A DNA stretch of 26,063 bases from NCBI GenBank assembly GCA_035390665.1, contig DAOOUC010000009.1:1-26063 (forward strand). Reading direction: 5' to 3'. This document shows, in pieces, positions 7,510 to 16,705 of this stretch (position 1 is the first letter of the stretch; the number at the start of each line of letters is the position of its first letter). A program made the translations under genes and the position numbers. Below the pieces are notes generated by a model. That model was given only the letters and a program-made list of their open reading frames with translations. It had not been told where the DNA came from and did not search any database. This DNA comes from an archaeon (GTDB lineage Archaea > Iainarchaeota > Iainarchaeia > Iainarchaeales > CSSED10-239).

Positions 7510-7983
7510 ATGCAAATTTTTATTCTTGATAAAGGTCCGATTAAAGCTGCAAAAATGCTTTGTGATAAACACGTTGTTAAGATGATTGTTGAATCTGCTC
7601 AAATTCTTTCAACAGTTCATCATCTTTTTGATTCTAAACATAAACATTTAGTTTACAAGAAAACACATGAAAGACATCCTTGCGTTATTTGGGCAGGTAC
7701 ATCAAAACAAAACTATTTGTGGCTTTTAGAACACCTTCATGCTTTGATTGAAGAATATGAATATAGATATAATAAGAAACATAAAACCACAGAAATAAAA
7801 AAAATATTAGAAAATTATCCTAAAAATATTCCTGATATTGGATTAACTCCATTTGCTCAAGCAATTCCTGAAGAATATAGACAAAAAAATGCAGTTAAAG
7901 CCTATAGAGAATTCTATAAAAAAGAAAAAAGTCATTTTGCCAAATGGACAAAAAGAGAATCACCTATTTGGTTTTTAGAATAG
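7510..7983 (+). CDS. Uncharacterised protein resembling proteins common in phage genomes
   Basis: 'MQIFILDKGPIKAAKMLCDKHVVKMIVESAQILSTVHH...HPCVIWAGTSKQNYLWLLEHLHALIEEYEYRYNKKHK...LTPFAQAIPEEYR...AVKAYREFY' recalls a conserved phage hypothetical protein family; recalled, not searched. Confidence 0.6.
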   Translation: MQIFILDKGPIKAAKMLCDKHVVKMIVESAQILSTVHHLFDSKHKHLVYKKTHERHPCVIWAGTSKQNYLWLLEHLHALIEEYEYRYNKKHKTTEIKKILENYPKNIPDIGLTPFAQAIPEEYRQKNAVKAYREFYKKEKSHFAKWTKRESPIWFLE

Positions 7984-7986
7984 AAA

Positions 7987-8985
7987 TTATCTTCTAATTT
8001 TTCTATTACTTTTATCAAAAATATTTCCTACAATTTCTTCTAAGATATCTTCTATTGTTACAAGACCTAAGACGTCTCCTTTTTTATCAACAACAATAGC
8101 CATTAACACTGATTTATCTTCAAATTCATATAGAAGATCGCCTATCTCTTTATCAGGCAAAACAAATTCAACAGTTCTAGTTATGTCTTTTATTAAAGAA
8201 TCTGCTTTTTTATCCTTGATTGCTTTTAAGACATCATCAACATCTACAATTCCAATAATATTGTCTTCTTCTTCAATATAAACTGGATATCTTGAATGAG
8301 ATTTTCTAACAATAAAATCAATTGCAGAATCTATTTTTAATTGACCATCAATCAAATGCACCTTTTCAAAAGGAGTCATTATTTTTGTAACTTTTGTGTC
8401 TTCAAAATCAAGAACTTTATGCATAATTCTTGCGACTTCTTTACTAATTATACCTTCTTCTTTTCCAAGAGTTAGAATAATTCTTAATTCTTCTTCAGAT
8501 ATTGTTTGTTTCTTTTTGGTTTTAAATACTTTATTTATAAGATTAGATAATTGAGTAAATAACCAAATTATTGGGAAAAAAACAATAGACAAATAATATA
8601 TAGGTGCTGCCAAAACTAAAGAAATATCTTCATGGTGTTGAACAGCCAAAAGCTTTGGAAGAATCTCTCCAAAAGTTAAAATAACAATTGTCATAACTAT
8701 TGCAGAATATGCCATTCCTGCTAATCCAAAAACTTGTATAAATAATGCCGTAGCAATTGCTGTAGCAAATATGTTTACTAAATTGTTTCCAACAAGAATT
8801 GTAATAATTAAATTGTGTGGTTTTTGTTTTAATTTGTATAATATTACAGAACCAGGCCTATTTTTTTTTAATAATGCTTTAACTTTTACCATGTGTGTAG
8901 ACATTAGCGCAGTTTCTGCTGCAGAAAATAGTGCTGACAAAATTATTAAGAAAAATAAAAGTAATAAATAACTAATAGTTTGCAT
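7987..8985 (-). CDS. CNNM/DUF21 transmembrane protein with CBS pair (CorC/HlyC-type ion transporter family)
   Basis: 'LFSAAETALMSTHMVKVKAL', 'VGNNLVNIFATAIAT', 'TFGEILPKLLAVQ', followed by 'VTKIMTPFEKVHLID' and a CBS pair; no clear C-terminal CorC domain. Confidence 0.9.
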   Translation of the reverse strand: MQTISYLLLLFFLIILSALFSAAETALMSTHMVKVKALLKKNRPGSVILYKLKQKPHNLIITILVGNNLVNIFATAIATALFIQVFGLAGMAYSAIVMTIVILTFGEILPKLLAVQHHEDISLVLAAPIYYLSIVFFPIIWLFTQLSNLINKVFKTKKKQTISEEELRIILTLGKEEGIISKEVARIMHKVLDFEDTKVTKIMTPFEKVHLIDGQLKIDSAIDFIVRKSHSRYPVYIEEEDNIIGIVDVDDVLKAIKDKKADSLIKDITRTVEFVLPDKEIGDLLYEFEDKSVLMAIVVDKKGDVLGLVTIEDILEEIVGNIFDKSNRKIRR

Positions 8986-9042
8986 AGATTATAACAACTC
9001 TTTACTGTGTGAGTTCTTCACAAAAATTATAAAAAAGAGAAT

Positions 9043-9555
9043 TTAAGCAACGCCAATATACATTCTTATTCTCTGTTTAATTTTTAGAATATTATCTAAA
9101 TAAATATTTAATTTTTTTTCAATTAAACTCATTTGTTCTTCTGCATCTTTTATTTGCCCTGCAACAAAGAAACTTTCAGAACCTAAGCCATTATATTTTA
9201 ATAGTTCTTTTCTTAAGTCTAAATATTCTTTTAAAGTATAATAATATGCTGTGTAATTTTCATATAATCTATTAAATAAAACTCTTGTTGTATCGTCTTT
9301 GAAAAATCTTCTGCCGTCTATTTCAAAATAATTTTTTGTTTTTGCACCAAGACTATTATTATTTACAACATTGTTTACTGTTTCTAAATGTTCTTCAATC
9401 CATTCTGTGTTTTTAGATCTAAAATCACATCTTTTTATTACAGCAGAATCAGACATCTTTTTTGTTTCTTTAACAATTGATTCATCAATTTCTACTTCTT
9501 CGCCACCTGAAATTTTTTTAAATATTTTTTTAAGAACTGTTATCATTTTAGTCAC
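9043..9555 (-). CDS. Uncharacterised coiled-coil-rich protein
   Basis: 170 aa with intact ORF; charged helical C-terminal half 'LKEYLDLRKELLKYNG...IKDAEEQMSLIEKKLNIYLDNILKIKQRI'. Confidence 0.6.
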   Translation of the reverse strand: MTKMITVLKKIFKKISGGEEVEIDESIVKETKKMSDSAVIKRCDFRSKNTEWIEEHLETVNNVVNNNSLGAKTKNYFEIDGRRFFKDDTTRVLFNRLYENYTAYYYTLKEYLDLRKELLKYNGLGSESFFVAGQIKDAEEQMSLIEKKLNIYLDNILKIKQRIRMYIGVA

Positions 9556-9684
9556 CTATTTTTTCCATAAATATTATATAAAAGTATATATATTTAGGCA
9601 ATAGGATTTAAATTCTTATCTTTAAGTAAAAAATAGGTAAAAATTTAAATAAAATCAGTAACTGTCTCTGTTTTCGGGTAAAAT

Positions 9685-10218
9685 TTAGAACAAAAACTTA
9701 GTTACTAATTTTTCTTTTTTAATAATTTGTCTTAATTGTGTTGTTAATTTCTCTGGAGATATAGATATTACATTAAAATCACAAATTCTATTCCAACCAA
9801 CATCTCCTTTATATCTTGGAAGAACATGGAAATGAAGATGATTTATACTTTCTCCTGCAATTCTTCCTATACTACAACCAATATTGTATCCTTCTGGTTT
9901 CATAAATAAATCCAAGGAATAAACAGAAAGATCTATTAAGTTAAATAATTCTTTTCTTTCAATACTTGTAAGTTCTGTTATTTGATTTATGTGTCTTTTA
10001 GGAATAATAAGTAAATGGCCTGCAGAATAAGGATATTTATTTGCTTGAATAAAACATTTTTTTGTTTCTAATATTTGTAAATCTTTTTCTACTTTGCAAA
10101 AAGGACAAACATTAGAATCTTTTGTTTTTTCTTTTTCTTCGCTTGTTTTTGTAACATATTCTTGTCTCCAAGGAGCATACAATGATTTACATCTATCTTT
10201 TACAATCATATTATTCAT
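9685..10218 (-). CDS. HIT-family hydrolase
   Basis: 'CPFCKVEKDLQIL' zinc-like motif, 'NKYPYSAGHLLIIPKRHI', histidine triad 'INHLHFHVLPRY'. Confidence 0.93.
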   Translation of the reverse strand: MNNMIVKDRCKSLYAPWRQEYVTKTSEEKEKTKDSNVCPFCKVEKDLQILETKKCFIQANKYPYSAGHLLIIPKRHINQITELTSIERKELFNLIDLSVYSLDLFMKPEGYNIGCSIGRIAGESINHLHFHVLPRYKGDVGWNRICDFNVISISPEKLTTQLRQIIKKEKLVTKFLF

Positions 10219-10373
10219 TCTTTATTAAATTTGTAAATAAAAACCGTAATTAATGCACCAATTGCAACACCAGCAGAAAACCACGCATTTAATAGTGTAG
10301 TAAATATTAGAAAAATTGCAATAAATATTGAAAAAATTTCATCTTTTGTTAGTTTTTTATTTTTTGGTTTCAT
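10215..10373 (-). CDS. 52-aa small membrane protein (MKPKNKKLTKDEIFSIFIAIFLIFTTLLNAWFSAGVAIGALITVFIYKFNKE)
   Basis: Hand translation; below the length of the supplied track. Fills the gap between MetRS (stop 10382) and the HIT gene, with an ATGA overlap with the HIT start. Confidence 0.65.
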   Translation of the reverse strand: MKPKNKKLTKDEIFSIFIAIFLIFTTLLNAWFSAGVAIGALITVFIYKFNKE

Positions 10374-10381
10374 ATTGTTTC

Positions 10382-11983
10382 TTATTTAAATTGATCCTTT
10401 TCTGTCTCTTCTAATTTTCTAAACAGAATTTCTGGCTTATTTATTTTCTTTGAAGAAATATCTATTTCTATTTTTTTATTATCTGTGTTTAATAATTTCA
10501 ATATCTTTTCAGAAGACTCTGGTAATATTGGACTAAAGTATATAGATAATAATCTTATGATTTCTAAACAATAATTTAATACATCTGTATCTCCTGATTT
10601 CCAAGGCTCTTTTTCATTAAGATACCTATTTCCAATATCTGATAATTTTAATAAATCATATAGAGCAAACCTTAATTCACAAGAATCATAGAAATCATCT
10701 ATTTTTCTTATAGACTCTAATATCTCTTTTTCTAATTCTGGATTTCTTTCTTTTATTTCTGGTACTTCTCCATTTAGTTTATTATATACAAAATTAAGAA
10801 CCCTATTAACAAAGTTCCCATAATTTCCAATTAGTTCTTTATTTACTCTATCAAAGAATTCATCAAGCATAAACTCTGAATCTTTTGTTTCTGGGAGAAT
10901 GTATGTTAAATAAAATCTCCAATATTCTATAGGAATATTACTTTTTACTGCTGTATCTGCAAAAATTCCAATGCCTTTACTTTTTGAAAATTTTTGTTTT
11001 TCAAAATTCATATATTGTAATCCAATTACATTTTTTGGAAGAACAAGTTTTCCTTGGCCAATTATTTGACCTGGCCAAAAGATTGTATGGAATGGAATAT
11101 TATCTTTTCCTAAGAAATAATAAGTTTCTGTTTTTTTATCTTGCCAAAGTTTTAAACCCTCATCTCCAAGTAATTCTACTGTTCCTGAAACATAACCAAT
11201 AACATTATCAAACCAAACATAAAATACTTTATCATCATATCCTTTTATTGGAATCTTGACTCCCCAGGTTAAATCTCTTGTTATACATCTTTCTTGAATC
11301 CCTTGCTTTATCCAACCCTTGGCTAATGCTTTTACTTGTTGTCTTATATTTGGATTTTCATCAATCCATTTTTCTATATCTTTTGATAATTCTCGTAAAT
11401 CAAGAAATAAGTGTTTTGTTTTTTTAAAAATAATCTCTTTACTTTTACAAGTTGTACAAAATGGTTTTACAAGTTCTATTGGATCCAAGACTGAACCACA
11501 ATGTTCACATTGATCTCCATTTGCCTTTTCATAACCGCATTTTGGACAAGTGCCTGTAATATATCTATCTGCTAATCCTTTTTTACAACTATTACAATAT
11601 GGAATTTCTATTTCCTTTTCTGTAATACATTTATTTTTATAAAGATCTAAGAAAAAATCTTGAACAAGTTTATGATGGATGTCTCTAGATGTTCTTGAAA
11701 AATTATCATAGCTTATTAAGAAATCAGAATATAATTTTTTATGAATCTCATAATAATAATCACACAATTCTCTTGGAGTTATGCCTTTTTGTTGGGCCGC
11801 AAATTCAGTTGCTGTTCCGTGTTCGTCTGTTCCACCTATAAATATTACCTTATGACCCTTTAGTCTAGAATATCTTGCAAAAATATCCGCTGGAAGATGA
11901 CTTCCAATAATGTTTCCTAAATGTGGAGAACTATTTACAAATGGTAATGCTGAGGTTATTATTCTTGTACTCATAAATATCAT
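10382..11983 (-). CDS. metG: Methionyl-tRNA synthetase (without C-terminal tRNA-binding domain)
   Basis: 'ITSALPFVNSSPHLGNIIGSHLPADIFARY', zinc-knuckle cysteines 'CPKCGYEKANGDQCEHCG', 'FSKSKGIGI' motif; ends around residue 533. Confidence 0.95.
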   Translation of the reverse strand: MIFMSTRIITSALPFVNSSPHLGNIIGSHLPADIFARYSRLKGHKVIFIGGTDEHGTATEFAAQQKGITPRELCDYYYEIHKKLYSDFLISYDNFSRTSRDIHHKLVQDFFLDLYKNKCITEKEIEIPYCNSCKKGLADRYITGTCPKCGYEKANGDQCEHCGSVLDPIELVKPFCTTCKSKEIIFKKTKHLFLDLRELSKDIEKWIDENPNIRQQVKALAKGWIKQGIQERCITRDLTWGVKIPIKGYDDKVFYVWFDNVIGYVSGTVELLGDEGLKLWQDKKTETYYFLGKDNIPFHTIFWPGQIIGQGKLVLPKNVIGLQYMNFEKQKFSKSKGIGIFADTAVKSNIPIEYWRFYLTYILPETKDSEFMLDEFFDRVNKELIGNYGNFVNRVLNFVYNKLNGEVPEIKERNPELEKEILESIRKIDDFYDSCELRFALYDLLKLSDIGNRYLNEKEPWKSGDTDVLNYCLEIIRLLSIYFSPILPESSEKILKLLNTDNKKIEIDISSKKINKPEILFRKLEETEKDQFK

Positions 11984-12023
11984 ATATATTAATAATACAA
12001 AAGAATAAAAAAAGAAATGGTAT

Positions 12024-12716
12024 TTATATAAACTTTAATTTAAAGAACAATAAATAAGATATGGAAACCATTAAAAGATATAATATAGATTTAATTAGAT
12101 TCCAAGAAAGTAAATAATATAAATATTGACTTTTTAATGCTTGACTTGTAAACATCTGTGCAATATATGGAGTCAAGAATGTAAAAAATGAAAACAAAGT
12201 AAATACAGTTTCAATAACAAAAACAATTAAAACTATCTTAAATATTGTTTTTATAACTTTTTTAAACTGGAGATTGTGTTTTGCAGACTCTAATCCCATA
12301 TATACAAATGCCCCAATGTTTATACACAATAAAACAATTGAAAACATTAAGAAAAATAAACTATCTTTTGCTAAGTTTACATAATAGGGATTAAGATTAC
12401 TGTATACTGCGAATTGTAAAGAAAAATCCAAAATTAATGTAACAAATAATAAAACAAAAGGAACCCATAAATAATTATAATATCCGTCTTTAGAAAAGAT
12501 AGACTGTATAAATGTAGAATTATTTTTTTGAGAATCTAATTTTGGTGCCCTTAAATAATATTCTGTTTGAGCAGGAATTGTTTCTTTAACAAATCCGTTT
12601 CTATTTGGTTTATCTGCTTTATTTTTGGTTATGTGTGGTGTTATCTTTTTTGTTCGCTTAACGTTTTTATTATCATATCTATTATTTGGATATTTATTTG
12701 TTCTTTTTACAGGCAT
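12024..12716 (-). CDS. Uncharacterised membrane protein with basic N-terminal tail
   Basis: About 80 residues rich in K/R/N/T followed by several hydrophobic segments, e.g. 'YLWVPFVLLFVTLILDFSLQF', 'SLFFLMFSIVLLCINIGAFVYMG'. Confidence 0.65.
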   Translation of the reverse strand: MPVKRTNKYPNNRYDNKNVKRTKKITPHITKNKADKPNRNGFVKETIPAQTEYYLRAPKLDSQKNNSTFIQSIFSKDGYYNYLWVPFVLLFVTLILDFSLQFAVYSNLNPYYVNLAKDSLFFLMFSIVLLCINIGAFVYMGLESAKHNLQFKKVIKTIFKIVLIVFVIETVFTLFSFFTFLTPYIAQMFTSQALKSQYLYYLLSWNLIKSILYLLMVSISYLLFFKLKFI

Positions 12717-12759
12717 TTAATCACACTTATTTTTATTTTATCTAATATTATATTAATAA

Positions 12760-14712
12760 TTAATGTTTAATAAGCTTTTGTTTTTCCAAAAACTCATTTA
12801 ATTTTGATTTTACAACTTCATTTGCTTTAGAGCCATCAACAAGCCCATTTGTTTTTGCCATTAGTCTGCCCATTAATAAACTTTGGGCTCTTTCTTGTAG
12901 TTGTATAATCTTGTCTTTATTTTCTTCAATTATTTCATCCATTATCTTTTCTAAATCTAATGATTCCATTTTTGAGAAAATCTTTAGATCGTCAATAACA
13001 TCTTCAATTGATTTTTCAGAATTCATAAAATCAATAAATACTTCTTTTATTTTTGTTTTTGGAACCTCATTAAATTTTTCATAAGAAAAGAAATAAATTA
13101 AATCTTCTGCAAAAACATTATCTATAATTATTGATCCTTCTCTTGCCCAAGTAATCAAGTCTTCTAGCATAAAGACTGCAACTTGTGTTGGATTTAGGTT
13201 CTTATTTACTTTTATAATTTTTTCAAAAGTTACAGCATAATTATCAAGAACCATTTTTTCAATCAACTGATTGCTTAATCCAAATGTTGAATATAGTTTT
13301 TTCCTTTCTTCAACTGAAAGAGGCATTTCTTTCTTTGCATTGTCTAGTATTTCTTTTGTAAAATAAATTGGTAGAAGATCTGTTTCAGGATACATTCTTG
13401 CACCACCAATTGATAATGGCCTTTGATATTCTGTGTTTCCTTCTGGTGTTACAATTCTTGTTTCTTTTGGTATTCCTTTTAATAATTCATTTAATCTTTC
13501 TTGTATTGTTTCTTTTACTTTTGTTATTTCTTCTGAAAAACACATAACTAGAATAAAACCATCATTTTCTGTTAGTTTTAAATTTTGTTTAACAGCATTA
13601 ACTTCATTTTGAGTAATTCCATAATTTGGAAGTTCATCGCTGTGGAATAATCCTTTTAAACTTGTTTTTACTTTTAAGATACTTGAGATTTCTGTTCCAA
13701 CTCTTCTGTTTGGTTGAACCTCATAACCAATAATTCCTTTCATATTTGGTATTAAAAAACCAAAGATTTGTTTTTTAGAATCTAGAGAAGATCTAACTGC
13801 TTTTGATTCTGTGTTTTTGAAAATGTCTGAAAGATTTTTTTCTTTTAAGGTAAAATTTTTAATATTTTTTTTCTCAAGTTCTTTTTTTACTTCTAAAAGA
13901 CTTAATTGTCTTTGTATTTCTCTTCTTATAATTTCTGGAATCAAGTCTAGTTCTTGACAGCCTTTAATTTCTGTTCTATTTCCGTTTTTTATTGAAACAT
14001 TAATATCTTGACGAATGGATCCTAGGCCTCTCTTGGCTTTGCCGGTGATTCTAAATATTTGTCCAATATTTCGTGCAACTGTTTTAACATCTTCTGGGGT
14101 GTGCATATCATGCCAAACAACTAATTCTATTAATGGTATTCCAAGTCTATCTAAAGAATAAATGCTTTCAGTTTCTGTTTTTTCTATAGCTCTTGCTGAA
14201 TCTTCTTCTAGAAGAATTTTATCAATTCTTACTTTCCCAAAATCAAAATCAAGATAACCATCAGTTGAAATCATTGTTGTTCTTTGAAATCCTGAAACAT
14301 TTGAACCATCAATAACTTGTTTTCTCATAATTATAGATTTATCAACTAATTTACTGTTTGTTAGATTTGAGACAATAATTGCTGTTCTTAAAGCATCTGG
14401 ATTTGTTCTGATTGGTGGTTGACAGTCGGCTTCTACTAAACAGTTACAATCATTATAGAAATAATAAACATAAGTTTTGTCTTTTTTGTGCTCAGAAACT
14501 GCAGTTAGATCTAGTTCTCCTGATTCTGAATAAACAGGTCTTAGTTTTCTTTTTATTATTCTATCTGGCTTTGTTCCGTCTTTTATCATCTTTGATTTAC
14601 ATTTACAGAAAAGTTTTCCTGTGTCTAGTTGTTGGTGTAATTCTAAACCACAGCAAAGGCCTACTTCTTTATAATCAATTGCATCAATATTTATTTTATT
14701 CATTGGAATCAT
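12760..14712 (-). CDS. gatE: Glutamyl-tRNA(Gln) amidotransferase subunit E
   Basis: 'CCGLELHQQLDTGKLFCKCKS', 'GSGLGSIRQDINVSI'-like segment 'KAKRGLGSIRQDINVSIKNGNR', GatB/YqeY-like C-terminus; adjacent to gatD. Confidence 0.95.
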   Translation of the reverse strand: MIPMNKINIDAIDYKEVGLCCGLELHQQLDTGKLFCKCKSKMIKDGTKPDRIIKRKLRPVYSESGELDLTAVSEHKKDKTYVYYFYNDCNCLVEADCQPPIRTNPDALRTAIIVSNLTNSKLVDKSIIMRKQVIDGSNVSGFQRTTMISTDGYLDFDFGKVRIDKILLEEDSARAIEKTETESIYSLDRLGIPLIELVVWHDMHTPEDVKTVARNIGQIFRITGKAKRGLGSIRQDINVSIKNGNRTEIKGCQELDLIPEIIRREIQRQLSLLEVKKELEKKNIKNFTLKEKNLSDIFKNTESKAVRSSLDSKKQIFGFLIPNMKGIIGYEVQPNRRVGTEISSILKVKTSLKGLFHSDELPNYGITQNEVNAVKQNLKLTENDGFILVMCFSEEITKVKETIQERLNELLKGIPKETRIVTPEGNTEYQRPLSIGGARMYPETDLLPIYFTKEILDNAKKEMPLSVEERKKLYSTFGLSNQLIEKMVLDNYAVTFEKIIKVNKNLNPTQVAVFMLEDLITWAREGSIIIDNVFAEDLIYFFSYEKFNEVPKTKIKEVFIDFMNSEKSIEDVIDDLKIFSKMESLDLEKIMDEIIEENKDKIIQLQERAQSLLMGRLMAKTNGLVDGSKANEVVKSKLNEFLEKQKLIKH

Positions 14713-14715
14713 TCC

Positions 14716-16068
14716 TTAAATATCAAAATTATCAAAACTTTCTGGAATTTCTTTTTTTGAAATTTCTCCAGCTATGTTTTTTTCCATGTATTTTATTATA
14801 TCTTCTTTTGTTTTAAATCTTGAAAGAGCAACACTTAGTTTTAGATATGTAACTTCTGGTAACATGTCATGTTGGTCAAGATAACAGCCTCCTGCTTCTT
14901 GAACATATCTTAAATTTGCATAGACATTTCCATTTACTCTTCCAAATAAACACTGGGTGGTTATAATTACAATTATTCCTTTCTCTGTTGCTTTCTTAAT
15001 ATATGGGACCCAGCTTTTCTTCTTATCAAAGGATTTATCGTTTCCACCCATTCCTGTTGGGCAATGTCCAAGTCCTGTGCCTTCTATTACTATTCCTTTA
15101 TAGCCTTTCTTAATATACCACTCTATGATTTTTGGATCACTATTTGGATAAGCCTTAACAATTGCAACATTGTCTGAGAAATCAATAAATAGTTTTGGCT
15201 CTATTCTTGGTCTTACAATCAATTGCCTTTTGTCTTTTAAATATTCTATCTTTCCATTTTGATAAACCTTTGCTATTGGGAAATCATTAATTGCTCTAAA
15301 AGAATCCCTTCTAGAAGAATGCATTTTTCTACATTTTGTTGCTCTTATTACATTACAGAAATCATCACTAATTGAACCATGCATCATTGTGTAAATTCCA
15401 GGAACTTCTTCTTTAATAAATTGAGCAGCACATATTAGATTCATTGCTCCATCAAAACTAGCCCTGTCTGGAGACCTCTGTGCGCCAACTAAGATTATTG
15501 GTTTGTTTATATTTTCAATCATAAAAGAAAGAACTGTTCCTGTCCAGGTTAAAGTATCTGTTCCGTGAGAGATTATTATTCCTTTAATTTCTGGGTTAAT
15601 CAATTGCTCATAAACTTTCTCTGCAATCTTTTGCCAATCTTTATAACCTAAATCTTCGCTTCCTTTCATAGCTACAGGTTGTATATTTTTAATATTAACA
15701 ATTTCAAGAAGTTCAGGAACTGTTGAAATTATTTCTTCAGGAGTTCTTGACATACTTACTCCGCCAGTCTTATAATCAACATGAGTTCCAATTGTTCCCC
15801 CTGTTGAAACTAAAGAAATTGCTGGGAGTGCTTCATTTTGTTTAATTATAATCTTTTGTTTTTTTCCTAAATTTTTCTTTTCATTTTCTATTTCTATTTT
15901 TGTGTCTTTATCGGTAGTTACTCCAATATTATAACCATTATCTAAAAGTTTAAGAGTTAGTTCTTGTTGTTTGTTTTTTTCAATAACCTTTACAAGATAA
16001 CCTTTATAGCTTATGTTGTTTTTAATAACAGTAATTAGTTTCCCTCTATCTTTTTCAGACACAATCAT
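14716..16068 (-). CDS. gatD: Glutamyl-tRNA(Gln) amidotransferase subunit D (asparaginase-like)
   Basis: 'ISLVSTGGTIGTHVDYKTGGV', 'GIIISHGTDTLTWTG', 'MHGSISDDFCNVIRATKCRKMHSSRRDSFRAIN'. Confidence 0.96.
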   Translation of the reverse strand: MIVSEKDRGKLITVIKNNISYKGYLVKVIEKNKQQELTLKLLDNGYNIGVTTDKDTKIEIENEKKNLGKKQKIIIKQNEALPAISLVSTGGTIGTHVDYKTGGVSMSRTPEEIISTVPELLEIVNIKNIQPVAMKGSEDLGYKDWQKIAEKVYEQLINPEIKGIIISHGTDTLTWTGTVLSFMIENINKPIILVGAQRSPDRASFDGAMNLICAAQFIKEEVPGIYTMMHGSISDDFCNVIRATKCRKMHSSRRDSFRAINDFPIAKVYQNGKIEYLKDKRQLIVRPRIEPKLFIDFSDNVAIVKAYPNSDPKIIEWYIKKGYKGIVIEGTGLGHCPTGMGGNDKSFDKKKSWVPYIKKATEKGIIVIITTQCLFGRVNGNVYANLRYVQEAGGCYLDQHDMLPEVTYLKLSVALSRFKTKEDIIKYMEKNIAGEISKKEIPESFDNFDI

Positions 16069-16123
16069 AAATACTCACTTTTCTAAAATATATATAAGAA
16101 AAAGAATATAAAAGCTTAACCAT

Positions 16124-16621
16124 TTAATGTCCAAACTTACTAAATAATATCTTATGGCAAAAATATCTTGTAAGAAACATTAAAAGAGAAGAAATAATAT
16201 TAGCTAAAAGATAACCCATATTATATCTTTCTACAAATATTACTAATATTATTAGATTTAAAATAATTGTAATTATAGATATGCTAAAATATAAAAAAGT
16301 AAACAAACTACTTGCTTTCTTTTGATTTTTCGTTCTTTCTTTTACTATGTATTTTTTATTTAAAAGATAATTTACATAAATTCCTGCAGTTATTCCAACT
16401 CCTGCAGAAAATAAATAAAATAATCCAAGTTCTGTTAAGATTACAAGAATAACAAGATGAACTAAAGTTCCTATTAAACCTAAAGTCGCATACTTAAGAA
16501 ACATTTTATTACTATAAAATATAGAATAACTTGTTAGTTGATAATATACTGAATGAAAGAAATCCGTTTTCTTTTTTGTTAATAAAGTATCTCTAAATGA
16601 TATTTTTTTTCTTTTAAACAT
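16124..16621 (-). CDS. GtrA-family membrane protein
   Basis: 'LIGTLVHLVILVILTELGLFYLFSAGVGITAGIYVNYLLNKKYIV' and 'TRYFCHKILFSK' pattern with four hydrophobic segments. Confidence 0.8.
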   Translation of the reverse strand: MFKRKKISFRDTLLTKKKTDFFHSVYYQLTSYSIFYSNKMFLKYATLGLIGTLVHLVILVILTELGLFYLFSAGVGITAGIYVNYLLNKKYIVKERTKNQKKASSLFTFLYFSISIITIILNLIILVIFVERYNMGYLLANIISSLLMFLTRYFCHKILFSKFGH

Positions 16622-16705
16622 TGCTTTTCCCGGTTTGGTTCTAAATTTGATTTATATAAAATATAATAAAAATAAATATAAATGGTTTCTATTACTATTT
16701 ATATT

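Noticed and set aside
8771-8971. 66-aa plus-strand ORF opposite the CNNM gene
   Set aside because: Antisense to a clear DUF21 membrane domain.
14412-14816. 134-aa plus-strand ORF across the gatE/gatD junction
   Set aside because: Antisense to conserved parts of gatE; L/Y/F-rich shadow translation.
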